Shown: in pieces, positions 24,401 to 31,302 of the stretch | How the letters are laid out: every line of letters starts with the position of its first letter | How positions within the stretch are numbered: the stretch's first letter is position 1 | IMG/VR virus record: IMGVR_UViG_3300012933_000171 | Location: 1 to 64,000 of that record | Length of the DNA: 64,000 bases | Reading direction: 5' to 3' (one strand) | Source: a virus | Taxonomy: Duplodnaviria; Caudoviricetes | Translations under genes and position numbers: made by a program | The notes under the pieces: model-generated | What the model saw: only the letters and a program-made list of their open reading frames with translations | What the model was told of the DNA's origin: nothing | Database searches by the model: none

Positions 24401-25285
24401 AATTACTCAACATACTCGATAACAGTACCGAGTCCAGATACGTTGGTACCGAGCCCAATGTCTCCGATTGTATACAGCAACGGTCAACGTGCTTGGGTGA
24501 CGGTTGATGGTCTTCGCATCGACCCTGCGTTAATTACATTTGGGGATGACAACTTGATGACTATCGACTATCCTGTACAAGAAGGTCAAGTTGTAATGGC
24601 AACTGCTATGGTATCGTCAGCTTCACCAAATCAGCAAACATATCGCATCGAGATTGACAAGAACAACAATAAAGTTATTCGCCGTATGAATATGGAAGAC
24701 ACAACATGGTTGGTTAAAGAAATCAACGATGTTGACACAGAAATCCATGTTCAAGATGCTGAGTACTTGATTGAGAAGTCAAATACACAATCAATTGTAG
24801 AACAGAATGCCGATGGTACACTATATGCATTTGTTAACGGCTTCTTCACTGATGTGTCAGGCGTGTCAATCTATGATATAACTAAAGACGTTCAGGTTCC
24901 TTACGATTTCACAGCATTGAGAATGATTACTGGTCGTCCTGCAGTAGTGTTTGACGATTTTGTTGAAGTTGGTGATGAATTGACCTTGACAATTTACCGC
25001 GGTGATACTATCGAAGTCAACGGTGAAAAGATTCATTTTGCAGAAGTTGACTTAGAAAATAACGTATTGCTTGGAATCACAAGAGGTTCGTATGGAACAC
25101 AGATTCAATCATATCACCCTGTCAATAGCAGAGTAATCAGTTTAAGTAGCGCAAAGGTAATGGACCCAGCGTACTATGACAGAGTTTGGACAGATACTAC
25201 AGTGTTCCAATATCATACGTTCGAGATTCCGTTGCAGTTGAGTCAGACTGAACCTGCGAAGTTCTTGCAAATGAACAATATTTGA
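9434..25285 (+). CDS. Giant (5283 aa) virion structural protein: baseplate wedge (gp7-like position) fused to fibre/adhesin domains
   Basis: Uninterrupted 15.8 kb ORF after gp6. N-terminal 'LDFLPEIFRT', FG-GAP-like repeats and Asp-box repeats. Confidence 0.7.
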   Translation: MTNRVRTLDFLPEIFRTKSNEEFLTSTLDTLVQPPQVQKLQGFIGSKFGYGVNASDKYLNEPSTQRSAYQLNPAVVFKKKDTNAPLDVMTYTELNNALRLAGSVASESDLYSNQFYSFDSFCDLDKMVNYSQYYWLPSGPEAVTVTNVLLSKTVSYNVTATPLAFSISAKNELIGDYNPELTLVRGGTYYFNVDQAAPFYIQMTKGTSGYFENRPNISTRDIFGLQNNGVSTGTVKFEVPLIDAQQDWELSRGIDIDLATTLKFSEIHAQPAGSVSIDGVTDLEGKTVLFYGHTITATGNITKLYDTDTEEYDTTSFDETASSRLSAHAFKVVYVGDKNDGQFIELIEADTLPINSLMKIQHGVEYNGRDFVKNEYGEIILVPFVTAPCDTYYYQYGTNSEIYGVIRIVEKEDSSFINVNDILGKKNYTSINGIKFTNGLKVEFAGNIYPEEYADGQYYVEGVGSSINLVPISELIVPERFAYAESSDFDGQPYDVGPFNGTTFLPIEKDYITISRNSKNKNAWSRGNRWFHIDVLKTTLEHNPGAKLVSRALGNVEMMAKRPIIEFYPNLKMMNSGDTSVDNITYINFTETDALKTVAGSTDFLPDGTLSTLFNGARVLFANDSNKDVRTTVYTVFYSETVNSAQIPVTNLSASVINADGSASLTFNITPQTTIVPAKKYLSLVSSTNGSFQGTVQVVSSSASQITLLYPTMPTGNWDATGSTYLVTNLELTLNPTDSVKHMDQVTVTSGSNAGKIYYFNGSSWLPSQDKAYINQFPLFDIVDKNGHSFSDMDFYPSTSFSGTTLFQYSTGTGSNDTELRFPVKYDFIQNVGDIEFTVSLNSDTFTYNLNGKEIKENVRTGYVVNDGNYNLGWQTAVEESFQYQVFNMVYTGTPFEPTFICDIPVKSSSETAWATTVVYVDNVRQSNSEFTVTTTGQTTAITLSTYPEVGTKVDIMLLSDSISQLGYYQIPLNLDHNPYNEQIEKLTLGDLRGHYKTMFNNAPGLTGQAFGANNSRDLDNLVPYGTRIIQNSAPLTLPAAFLRNNGYNFFDAMTFNSNEYAKYKALIVNTLENNDFTYIDTASGLLDEVIEIITEPKTVSNSFFWGDMLPAKNKALSKTYTFKSTLDNSEFDLSKIYDFDNANYSSVLVYLTRTGTSGVVTTQLTRTVDYVVSTDEAKLTITKDLIPGDKIQINEYHQTFGSFVPSTPTKLGLYPAFIPEVVLDASYVSPTWFIKGHDGSYNRLYGSYNAGILTDARDRVLFEFEQRIFNNLKVLNKTTPIKYADIVPGFFRNSTHETKTFASAYETQFMNWVGLNRIDYETQTYDQSNDWTWNYTGSKLKLNNTPITIGGWRGIYLWLYDTTTPNTTPWEMLGLSIKPTWWDSHYGEAPYTCDNTLMWQDIANGYVWNNGDDYIVETAVRPGLMSIIPADSLGRLVSPFSNCISSYDVGTFKQTWMMGDVGPAEYAYRKSSAWAFDLIRVTALQSPAKFFNLNIDLDYYQYSSTFDQYLTNERYRISPPEITIYGTDDTTAAHSYINWIVDYVNHSGSVGSEDIKSLFSNTDVRLTYNVAGFTNKDMIKFFTENSSTSSSKASLIPEDSYSILLHRNQAVDTITYSSVIVQRTQTGYKVYGNRQSSAFFLAMTPVSGSYETLSVNGKNIQLAKKYSAAKVTVPYGYEFKTIESLLEFIKGYGKYLESQGMTFIDVENSIELSWDQMIAEILYWIQTGWDVGSTVNVNPAANVLRINTPNAIVEPLTLTKQNFVLNQNLLPISLSDLSVHRNGTELTIKALNAGDALSFFSGHVGSIEHVVVFDNKTVFGDTIANLTTGLRQQRMYVKGTKTAEWQGYVNNAGFIMSLDSITDWVPNAKYVKGQVVKYKNDYWMANQTVINPTNKFDLTDWIKTSYEMVRQRMLPNQSSRSVESTLFYDINNANMALDSDLLGFSLVGFRPRDYLASADLSEVSQVKMHVDTIAVKGTPLTVAGLNNATIKNETVSYSVHENWAIKNSEFGGVNNHNYVQFGLSESKLSSNPSVVSLVNNVRVPDVNQEVSFADVTNYGRTLANEFILPQRAVGTDDILRSAGYVHLDDVIEMGYSIDSFNDAAIGAIYRNDYIWVANKDNKWDVFTPITVPSQVVSATNNLNGTVTITFDKPHGIQINQVIGLQNFDTRFDGYHVVADVPGLTALTVYKTVDSTITSVTSTGLAFLLQSHRVTTPRDIPYLPLNHSEYDPAKVWVDQSSDGDWKVYKKELNYKHTQVNEGSTSSSLGDAVAYVPGIGYFAGDKTEGVVTVYASLKDDGVYYPKNTLSYPGTNFGSVIKHANKTIVISAPHSTISQIFVYRDATDEGFSQPVLEQTIVWAGEASDIVGNSIAISGDGNHIFMNAQSGDYDSVFMYTLDPSLLKTGLGLAVASDIVVNSNSFTVAGNATQTVKDGQRVTFATSFAQLAVLAEEFVPDRSDAVDRIRESFKLEGNQTSLLSNGDTISFGDTHLKNTLFTVILSSYVPSENKTMFYIEQQPVLMVGLENGVPTYFPNIPLGTMVYKVSFDDTATYTVSTKSYNSTTDKTTFYVMSKFTHSIPSGSQLYVATMNYELVEILANPVSYVAGDQLGASIATNYDGTKLFIGAPKHNQSGSQIATGHIYAFDRLAESFEVQRDVPKSSTHLVILPWYPGISAMVYKNGKRLRTNQYLIILNAIYFGPIGFDAGDIITVKDSKVVQTGTFINGAPEDLRSGQWFGYSMDCSSDGTELIVGAPYALTSDGYEGAVYRFTDPGKRYGMLVGSTPASLNEPTYILLNGYRVNAFGISNITTTVTQNSTSVTIDPNEAKLLPESGVIRFVKFAGDSYDIAYSSVNDTTGVITFSVPFPYNVSCAPSTSQLYTPLGAATNIANCINNSNITNIFAYATEDNRLIIRLRDMSLAPSMNKLNLSVFNGNFWTMLGMMPYPMSQTIVAPHKEHQTQFGFAVKYNEVNSFVVGAPTATRFAATRFDYTDETTAHTDTAFDNNMIIWEDSFTRAGAVYMYDYIDSYEEALDNMGKYVYSQPCNDITSAYGSHPMYGASVDFTNNRVIIGSPGFESLGGKVTIYRNDTGTPNWSVHRSSEQVVDINKISKIQLFNNSTNVTEVSLDYFDPLQGKLLSVVESNIDFARSVDPAAYNNGSTNTTIAWGKDHVGKIWFNTANVRFYNYHQANDVAYNSKHWGVPFPGSSVDVYTWVESSTPPNEYTGPGIVLNTTQFSVSFTTDSSDALVAKYYFWVNGTNMLSSKLGKTLTDSAIATYIKYPQESGVPFVAPLRTNVFGLYNSLDFIRGDDTFIHVGFSTTDRDVRGHTEFKLISTNTTEFLPGLPDFKKGVSEPYGLYAKYVDSFAGEDAAGATVPDASLPKLMQVGVSVRPRQSMFVNRLLALKNLVEYTNKIIIQFPVAETASATFLHFATETIDTTKYWDYSYWWATGYSEKNRPKFEVESVDILKTIEPVENLIVSVSKNSNGNREVYVVQNSEWVRIGLENGTYQFLSTVYDYAPEGIGFGNGFYDLELYDNNTAQETRYIVRAINEQLFVGDLEIHRNKSLTLMFEFIQSENIESHNYLPWLNKTKFADVNYTVRTLKQTPKYIADETSLIEGYVNEIKPFSVVLKEFVETYKVSDVVNGTATDFDLPSYYDFEAGKFVSPQVVFGVSANAEQKTINDSVWGDYRYFDWISNLGMGVKGGEAQHITNLTQYINETMIDVYVENAYTLPYQGIMYLGAEQIGYTSIDRQLGKLTGVSRGVNNTPRSVHHVGTPIFMYTPDVFVLNPGKNYQLPPKITAVIDTTVYPAPRSEALFEAVMQADKVVAVKVIQPGEGYVTTPELIVEPSATFTFDNFSTDTLGADNLIDVANSKLVTTVNVTADISSYDVVKVESVTDGEPVIADGFYYVKVSESSGSYVLTFFETYKDAKTDSKGIQFNNTVKTAGYVLNVHVTAQLVPTMRTTGVRDLKTTIKFDRVSYSSKVKEWQPGLFWSAPYSSLGNDSSSSEESSSTTILSSSQGVVLPINGLRNDNGFAVVGFDYAYSNISPGQIDNAMLQFYKVTPSYTPSIVDGTNGRAEIQIFRPKFGNNKLSEVYTIKVVSPGTIYTNDYVIRISGSELGGQDGVNDATILIKYADENTGAIIIATVSGRAAGTFDEFYVKPVNSTEVNVYSDPAMIRRVPFTSFIWNGALNLTQDFGDVGNDYAYLPEPVSHDIFSQHETVSIVTYAGVIWACKESNFDEVFDPSKWTPLTTADVSMTALERIDGFYQPTIGMVPKDHQQLLKGITYPNTVYFGNKFAPEDVVEEDVILTDNLFTNSEADVKGVVFNGTNYVAVATCDGLTFVLTQTEVGTWKSTRISLQELPVTSFSYSDEKYVITLDDDTNPLLVSFDGARWISLGDRTTYDSLDFDDGSYDDSTLQISLGGILNSATVDGEFITVGSKIDVSSGCLVWTTTHSVGDAIRTFNTLRDVVFLDTEQYKGYVAVGSRIIVTDGVDTPAPTLGTAALVLTSVDAKTWSVVNSVNTMFVPVAATATPEGLVAVGESGKIMFSGNAVTWIEAFIDGDDINESIIDVAYGNGMLIAITASGIILTSDDGLTWVQQSVTVNETLFSIVFINSNFVISGQNGTLRVSSNGSTWTNILTQTLSDTTYVVKGNDFLFGYGPEEMVAGIISDKVNMTVTSAPGAYWNRDGSEQIWYYASGFSMIQVKREINETLTASFAETVANGAGAAVFIINEDGTMTRLYENFSTVATPYTYTINWNSKTVTVNSEDLIGKTVLLELYEFGNATERQRESTETMPLFDDVNTGHSSINTGLPMLYGKDLTPVVLAQKQGEVLTRLEFGVDFTTYEGDNNSLILSLNETYDSETDYIVYSIVRTGKSSDNIDEHYVSLPETQLFTEGGTEFVISLGVTALPIPNFRNSIPSAIVEVDGVRLRFLNDYLIDENSFTLTLLNEVQEGQTVAVTMFNGITRQYMSTASEVSTDNYSTYSITVPSPDTLVPSPMSPIVYSNGQRAWVTVDGLRIDPALITFGDDNLMTIDYPVQEGQVVMATAMVSSASPNQQTYRIEIDKNNNKVIRRMNMEDTTWLVKEINDVDTEIHVQDAEYLIEKSNTQSIVEQNADGTLYAFVNGFFTDVSGVSIYDITKDVQVPYDFTALRMITGRPAVVFDDFVEVGDELTLTIYRGDTIEVNGEKIHFAEVDLENNVLLGITRGSYGTQIQSYHPVNSRVISLSSAKVMDPAYYDRVWTDTTVFQYHTFEIPLQLSQTEPAKFLQMNNI

Positions 25286-25301
25286 GAGATAAATATAGTT
25301 T

Positions 25302-25451
25302 ATGAGTGATAAACCCGAAGACAAAGAACCCCAAGAAAAAGTTGAACAGTCCAAAGTAGATGAGTTCAACGGGGTTTTCTTTAGTACAAGTGTGAAAATA
25401 CACGACCCTAACACGGAAGAAGTGTTAGTACAATTACGAGGCGACATTTAA
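25302..25451 (+). CDS. Small 49-aa protein (not in ORF track), similar to the N-terminus of the next gene
   Basis: MSDKPEDKEPQEKVEQSKVDEFNGVFFSTSVKIHDPNTEEVLVQLRGDI*. ATG is 6 nt after TAAATA and the stop abuts ATG 25452. Confidence 0.7.
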   Translation: MSDKPEDKEPQEKVEQSKVDEFNGVFFSTSVKIHDPNTEEVLVQLRGDI

Positions 25452-26072
25452 ATGGCACAAGTTTTAATCCCTATGCAAATCGAGGGCTTTTTGAAGATTT
25501 TTGACCCAACTACTGGGGAAGTTTTAGTGGATAAGAAAAACGCTATTCACTATGAGAATATGAGTATTGCGTTAGCTAATGCTTTGAGCAATCGCGGTAC
25601 AGGGGCAATCTACAAGATGGCTTTCGGTAACGGTGGTTCAAGCATTGACCAAACTGGTGTTATTACGTATTTGCCACCGAACGTTACTGGTGCAAGTGCA
25701 ACTTTATATAATCAAACGTTTGCAAAAGTGGTTGATGATACTAACATTTCCAATACGAATCCATCACGTAACAAAATGTCTATTAGTCACCCATTGGGGA
25801 AAGTCTACTCTGATATTGTTGTCTCTTGCTTACTAGACTACAGCGAACCAGCTGGTCAAATGGCATTCGACAACGGCACGGAAACCCAAACTCCATACGT
25901 TTTTGATGAATTGGGCTTGGTGAGTTTCGACGGTATTAACGAAAGCGGGGATGAATTGACAAAAATGCTAACCCATGTCATTTTTCATCCGGTACAAAAG
26001 TCACTAAACAGACAGATTCAGATTGATTATACAGTCAGAATCCAATCATTGACAAACTTGATTACAGGTTAA
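25452..26072 (+). CDS. Virion structural protein (baseplate/tail associated)
   Basis: 206 aa with KKNAIH, FDELGL and THVIFHPVQKSLNR..QIDYTVRI motifs, inside the structural operon. Confidence 0.6.
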   Translation: MAQVLIPMQIEGFLKIFDPTTGEVLVDKKNAIHYENMSIALANALSNRGTGAIYKMAFGNGGSSIDQTGVITYLPPNVTGASATLYNQTFAKVVDDTNISNTNPSRNKMSISHPLGKVYSDIVVSCLLDYSEPAGQMAFDNGTETQTPYVFDELGLVSFDGINESGDELTKMLTHVIFHPVQKSLNRQIQIDYTVRIQSLTNLITG

Positions 26073-26102
26073 AGATAAATATAATAATAACGGAGCATTT
26101 TC

Positions 26103-27335
26103 ATGGCATATACGATTCTAAGAACTAATAATTCTACTCTAGTAACGATTCAGGATGGAGTTCTTGAAACTCAGAGAACTACATTGGGCTTACCAGGACG
26201 TAACTACGCAGGTTACGGCAACGTCCTAAACACTAACTTTGTTCATTTGCTAGAAAACTTTGCAAATGACACCCCTCCTGCTCACCCATTGAAGGGTCAG
26301 TTGTGGTATGATACAAGTGACAACAAACTTAAAGTTTGTCCAGCTGACGGTACAACAGTTACTTCTGATTGGGTGGTTTTAACATCATCAAATGCAGTGG
26401 GTGACTCTTTCCTAGGTAACTTAGAAGTAACTAACTCTATTGTTGCAAACACTATCACAGCAAATATTGATGTTCTAGTAGGTCGTGATGTTATTGCTCA
26501 AGGTAACGGTATTTTCAACACACGAGTATACTCCGCGCTTGCAAACGTCGGTACTGCTAACATAGGTACAACTGAGACTCGTGTAATTACTACAGGTGGT
26601 GCAACAACAGGTGGCACATTTACTGGGGCTTGGACTGTTGTAGGTCCTTCTACTGGTAATGCTTTCAATATTACAAGCGGCAATATCTCATTGGGTACAA
26701 CACAATCAGTTCGTTGTGACAATTACTTGAATACTGATGGTTCTCCTTGGGTTCCGTCAGGTACATATACTAACGCTAACGTTGCTGAATATCTATCAGG
26801 TACTAACGTATCCGTAACTAAGTTTACTGGTAACATTTTCCCTCACACAGTTCAAACTGGAAACATTACTACTGGTGCTGAAGGCACACGTGGTAACATT
26901 ACAGGTAACTGGGTACTTCAAGGTACATCACGTTTGACAGCTACTTACTCTGCTGACATTGCAGAACGTTATGCTGCTGACGGTGTTTACACTGTTGGTA
27001 CAGTAGTTGAATTGGGTGGTGATTATGAAGTTACATTAGCTAAAGCTGAGTTGAGTTCAGAAGTATTCGGCGTTGTGTCTAACACATACGCATACTTGTT
27101 GAACGGTGGCGCAGGTACTGATGAAACTCACCCACCAATCGCATTGTCTGGACGTGTATCTGTTCGTGTCGTCGGGCAAGTTAAGAAGGGTCAACGTTTA
27201 GTCTCTGCTGGTAACGGTCTTGCCCGTGCTGGTAAAGACGAAGAATTGACAAGTTTTAATGTAATCGGTCGTTCTCTAGTAAATAAGACAGATGACGGTG
27301 AAGGCATCATTGAAGCCGCTGTCAAGATTAATTAA
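26103..27335 (+). CDS. Short tail fibre/baseplate protein with C-terminal 'ADIAERY' chaperone-like domain
   Basis: N-terminal GRNYAGYG..LNTNF.HLLENFA...P..P..GQLWYD. C-terminal ADIAERY...GTVV..GG..E...PIALSGRV.V.V.G. Confidence 0.65.
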   Translation: MAYTILRTNNSTLVTIQDGVLETQRTTLGLPGRNYAGYGNVLNTNFVHLLENFANDTPPAHPLKGQLWYDTSDNKLKVCPADGTTVTSDWVVLTSSNAVGDSFLGNLEVTNSIVANTITANIDVLVGRDVIAQGNGIFNTRVYSALANVGTANIGTTETRVITTGGATTGGTFTGAWTVVGPSTGNAFNITSGNISLGTTQSVRCDNYLNTDGSPWVPSGTYTNANVAEYLSGTNVSVTKFTGNIFPHTVQTGNITTGAEGTRGNITGNWVLQGTSRLTATYSADIAERYAADGVYTVGTVVELGGDYEVTLAKAELSSEVFGVVSNTYAYLLNGGAGTDETHPPIALSGRVSVRVVGQVKKGQRLVSAGNGLARAGKDEELTSFNVIGRSLVNKTDDGEGIIEAAVKIN

Positions 27336-27344
27336 GAGGATAAC

Positions 27345-28262
27345 ATGACATATCAACAATATGGATTAATTCAAGCGGAAGATTACAATAGTTTGGTAGG
27401 AACTCTAAACGCAGTTTGGGGTTCTGGTTCTGGAAATTCTGGCTACGGACAAACTAGTCTTCCAGTAGTTGCTGCTGGTGGAAAAGTGGGAGCTACAGAA
27501 TGGGCAGACTTAGTAAACAAAATCAGCTCGATTGCCTCGCATCAGAATTCTACAATCACTGCGGTCACTGCACCAGCAGCTGGGGATTCAGTTAAATTCG
27601 TGAATGCTATCAATACGAATTTGGCAACTATCACTACAAACAGATTGAATGCTTCCGCGCAAGCAACGTCAGTCACTACATCAAAGGCAACAACTACAAC
27701 GTTCTTAGATAAAGTAACATACACAACTACAGTTACATTTACATCTGGAGCTGCTGCACGTTATTTCTTTAATGCAGGCGGACAACTAGCTATTACATGT
27801 TCACATGGTTCAAATCTATCTTCCGGCATCGATAAAGTGTTCTATGATTTATGTCGTGCATTTGGTACAGTTACGTTGAGTGCTGGCACATCAACTATCG
27901 CTGGAACAAGTTTTACAGGAACAACAAAGACAGGTGGTTCTGGTTCAGTGGGTACTGACTTTACTATCAGTACTAATACTGGATATCATGCGTTAACAAC
28001 AACTTCAGTTGAAATATTCAAACAATCTGCTGTGGGTGCATTGTCAAAATATGTTACATCTTTCATTAATGTAACTGCAAAAGTTGACGTAACCGGCGGT
28101 ATAATTACATTCGTAACTACAATTGATGAAAACTGGTCACAGGGTGTTGGCTTAACTGTATCTACTGGGACTACGATGAACTTGACTGTCAAGCCACCGT
28201 CAACAACGTATGTAACTTCTAATGCTTGGGGCACCCCAACTGTATTGACGAACTACGCTTAA
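27345..28262 (+). CDS. Virion structural protein
   Basis: Thr/Ser/Gly-rich 305 aa protein with GYGQT and ARYFFNAGG motifs. GAGGA RBS. Confidence 0.6.
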   Translation: MTYQQYGLIQAEDYNSLVGTLNAVWGSGSGNSGYGQTSLPVVAAGGKVGATEWADLVNKISSIASHQNSTITAVTAPAAGDSVKFVNAINTNLATITTNRLNASAQATSVTTSKATTTTFLDKVTYTTTVTFTSGAAARYFFNAGGQLAITCSHGSNLSSGIDKVFYDLCRAFGTVTLSAGTSTIAGTSFTGTTKTGGSGSVGTDFTISTNTGYHALTTTSVEIFKQSAVGALSKYVTSFINVTAKVDVTGGIITFVTTIDENWSQGVGLTVSTGTTMNLTVKPPSTTYVTSNAWGTPTVLTNYA

Positions 28263-28315
28263 TAAAATATATTGGGCAACTGGTATTCATTTAAATATTC
28301 TACGGAGTATTTTAA

Positions 28316-28621
28316 ATGGATACCAAAACCATATTGAGCCAGGCTAAAGCTAGATTTAGTCACAACCAAAACAAAGAATATCTTAAAGCAAAGTATCAAG
28401 GTAAACTCATATTCGCCCAACAAGGTGGAATGTGGACAGCGTCCCCTGAGCTTTTAGCACAGTTAGCAAGTAGCCCTGCTAAGTCATTAGTATTGTTAGA
28501 TAACTATGAGAACCCTATCAAGGTAGACCGTTTCGATTTGTTAACGTTTGCTAACGATTTGTACGTTGCAGTCATGCACGAGTGGCACGAAGAATACAGT
28601 AAACTACAGTCATTGCGATGA
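28316..28621 (+). CDS. Hypothetical protein
   Basis: 101 aa ORF with GGAG RBS, translationally coupled to the next gene. Confidence 0.6.
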   Translation: MDTKTILSQAKARFSHNQNKEYLKAKYQGKLIFAQQGGMWTASPELLAQLASSPAKSLVLLDNYENPIKVDRFDLLTFANDLYVAVMHEWHEEYSKLQSLR

Positions 28622-29391
28622 GGGGAGTAATGTTCTTTGCCTTTAATAATCCTAAAGTAGATTATTACACAATGGCAGTTAAAGCAGCCGAACGAGTAAA
28701 ACACTTTCTAAACTTACCCGTTACTATTGTTACGGATATTCAGCCCGAGAACCCAGAGTTCAATATCATTAACGTAAGTGCTGAAACAAGTAACGAGAAA
28801 GACAGTAATCCATGGTATAACAAGGGTAGATACAGAGCATACGACTTAACACCCTACGATGAAACTATCTTATTAGACACAGACTATCTAGTAAACAGTG
28901 ACCAGTTATTGAAAGTCTTTGATATCTACGATGACTTTATGTGCCATGACAGTACATTCTTTCTAACTGAAGGGCATGATACTGAATACGTCAGTGACAG
29001 AAGTTTTAAGACATTATGGGCTACAGTTATTGTATTCAAAAAGACCGAGAGAGTTAAACATATCTTTCAGTGTTTAGAAATGGTTCAGAATAACTACAGT
29101 CACTATATTAACCTCTATCATATCAATAGCCCTATGTACCGTAATGACTATGGTATCACTATTGCTACACGCATTGTTGACGGGCACTATGACGAGAAAC
29201 GTAACTATATCCCGTGGACATTGAATCACGTAAACAGTTACGTGAAAGTATATCGCACAAATGATACTTCATTTAATACAGAGTATGTGTTATTAAATGA
29301 GACAGGAAAACGTGCTGAGTATATGAAAATCAAAGACATGGACTTTCACTGTATGAGCAAAGAAACATTTATGGAGTTAGTAGATGAGTAA
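28618..29391 (+). CDS. GT-A fold glycosyltransferase-like protein
   Basis: TPYDETILLDTD (DxD), RND motif, RGVMFFAFN N-terminus. Confidence 0.7.
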   Translation: MRGVMFFAFNNPKVDYYTMAVKAAERVKHFLNLPVTIVTDIQPENPEFNIINVSAETSNEKDSNPWYNKGRYRAYDLTPYDETILLDTDYLVNSDQLLKVFDIYDDFMCHDSTFFLTEGHDTEYVSDRSFKTLWATVIVFKKTERVKHIFQCLEMVQNNYSHYINLYHINSPMYRNDYGITIATRIVDGHYDEKRNYIPWTLNHVNSYVKVYRTNDTSFNTEYVLLNETGKRAEYMKIKDMDFHCMSKETFMELVDE

Positions 29392-30097
29392 GGGCTTTGT
29401 TATTATGGCTCAGAACTCAGACACTACAGACTATGTTAAGTGTGCTGAAACGTTGCGTGACAGTATTGAGCGACACATGCCCGACATTCCCGTGACAATT
29501 ATCACTGAGGGTAAGCCATCATTCAGTACAGATAGTGAGGTATACAATCTATCACCCTATGACGATACAATCAAATTAGAAGCTGACATGATTATGACTA
29601 AGAATGTTGACTACTGGTTCGATGTGTTATCACAAAAAGATATCGTAGTGTGTAATACAATCAGAGACTATAAGGGTAATATATCTAATGTGAAAGCGTA
29701 CAGAGAGTTCACCCGTGCCAACAATCTCCCAGACGTATATAACGCTATGACTTACTTTAAGAAAAGTAAATTCTCAGAGGATTTCTTTAACTTAACTAAG
29801 GAAATCTTTCAAAACTGGGAAGAATACAAGAAAATCTTAATCTGTGACACTGACGAAGAGGCTAGTACAGATTGGGTGTACTCTATTGCATGTCACATTA
29901 TGGGTACAGAGAATACAACTATGAACTACGATGACTTTTCTTTTGTCCATATGAAACAATTTATCAACAACTTAGCGACAGAAGACTGGACAAGTGAATT
30001 AGTCTATGAGTTCAACCCGTTACGTATTCAAACTATCCCGCAGCAGTACCCGTTTCACTACTATGTAAAAACGTTCGGAGACAAGTATTATGGTTGA
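29384..30097 (+). CDS. GT-A fold glycosyltransferase-like protein (paralog of upstream gene)
   Basis: SPYDDTIKLEADM, HMK and FHYYVK motifs. Overlaps the upstream gene. Confidence 0.65.
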   Translation: MSKGFVIMAQNSDTTDYVKCAETLRDSIERHMPDIPVTIITEGKPSFSTDSEVYNLSPYDDTIKLEADMIMTKNVDYWFDVLSQKDIVVCNTIRDYKGNISNVKAYREFTRANNLPDVYNAMTYFKKSKFSEDFFNLTKEIFQNWEEYKKILICDTDEEASTDWVYSIACHIMGTENTTMNYDDFSFVHMKQFINNLATEDWTSELVYEFNPLRIQTIPQQYPFHYYVKTFGDKYYG

Positions 30098-30374
30098 ATT
30101 TAGACTATATTATGATGACACAGGGAAAGTTTTATGTTATACTTGTGAGAATATTGAGGGTAATTATATCGTCATCGATGGTGACACTTACCATGAATGC
30201 AGACCTGATGTGTATGTAATTAATGGTGAGATTGTTAAAAAGAGTGAGATGACGGTGATTAGAAAACTAAAGCCCTCAACTAAAGGAATCACTTGTAGCA
30301 GTGATGACATATCAATGATTACAAGTGAAGGTATAACATGGGATTTAACCGTAAATGAATTCAGACATAATTGA
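30090..30374 (+). CDS. Hypothetical protein
   Basis: 94 aa ORF coupled to both neighbours. Confidence 0.6.
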   Translation: MVEFRLYYDDTGKVLCYTCENIEGNYIVIDGDTYHECRPDVYVINGEIVKKSEMTVIRKLKPSTKGITCSSDDISMITSEGITWDLTVNEFRHN

Positions 30375-31302
30375 AGTACAGGACTTAGATTGCATTTATC
30401 TAAGCTATGACGAACCACAGAAAGAAGAATTCTGGGTTAAGATTAAGAACATGGTGCCGTGGGCACGTAGAGTAGATGGGGTCAAGGGTAGTGATGCAGC
30501 ACACAAAGCCGCTGCAGAGGAATCAGACACAGAACGATTTATTCTAATCGACGGAGATAACTTACCCGACTTTAACTTCTTTGACTTGACTTTAGACTTC
30601 ACGGGCAAAGACGAATCATATAAGCAAGCACAGTTTCGCTGGAGAGCACGTAACAATATCAACGGGTTAGTGTATGGCAACGGTGGTATGTCCAGCTGGA
30701 CAAAAGACTATGTGATGAACATGAAGACACATGAGGCTAGTGATGGTAACAACACTACCACCGTTGACTTCTGCTTAGACTATAACAACAGTTTATACTG
30801 GAGTATGCACGATTGCTATAGCACAACATACCCTAACTACACACCCTTTCAAGCATGGCGTGCAGGCTTCAGAGAGGGTGTAAAGATGTGCTTAGTAGAT
30901 GGGCTAACTCCCAGTATCAATGAGTTCAAACGTTCGGTATCTGGTCGCAACTTTGACAATCTTACTATCTGGCACAACGTAGGCGCAGACGTAGAGAATG
31001 GAATCTGGGCTATCTACGGAGCTAGACTTGGCACTTACATGACAATGCTACATGACTTTGACCCTAAGCAAGTTCAATGGTTCGATAATCTAACTACTAT
31101 TTGGGAAGACTATAAGGACAGAGACCCTCATTATTCATCTAAGTTCTTTGGAGAAGCCTTAAGCGATAAACTTGACTTGCCAATGTGTACACTCTCAGCA
31201 GAGCAAAGTAAATTCTTTAAACGTCATGCAAATAAAGACAAAAAGAATTTAGGACCATTGGTCAAAGAGATAGATATCATACGACAACAAGAAGGCTGGT
31301 AA
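30355..31302 (+). CDS. Glycosyltransferase-like protein
   Basis: IYLSYDEP...RVDGVKGSDAAHKAAA...FILIDGDN (DxD)...AWRAGFREGVKM. Confidence 0.6.
   Translation: MNSDIIEVQDLDCIYLSYDEPQKEEFWVKIKNMVPWARRVDGVKGSDAAHKAAAEESDTERFILIDGDNLPDFNFFDLTLDFTGKDESYKQAQFRWRARNNINGLVYGNGGMSSWTKDYVMNMKTHEASDGNNTTTVDFCLDYNNSLYWSMHDCYSTTYPNYTPFQAWRAGFREGVKMCLVDGLTPSINEFKRSVSGRNFDNLTIWHNVGADVENGIWAIYGARLGTYMTMLHDFDPKQVQWFDNLTTIWEDYKDRDPHYSSKFFGEALSDKLDLPMCTLSAEQSKFFKRHANKDKKNLGPLVKEIDIIRQQEGW

Noticed and set aside
9434-25285. Intein or intron explaining the giant ORF
   Set aside because: No intein splice motifs, LAGLIDADG motifs or frame interruptions were seen by eye.
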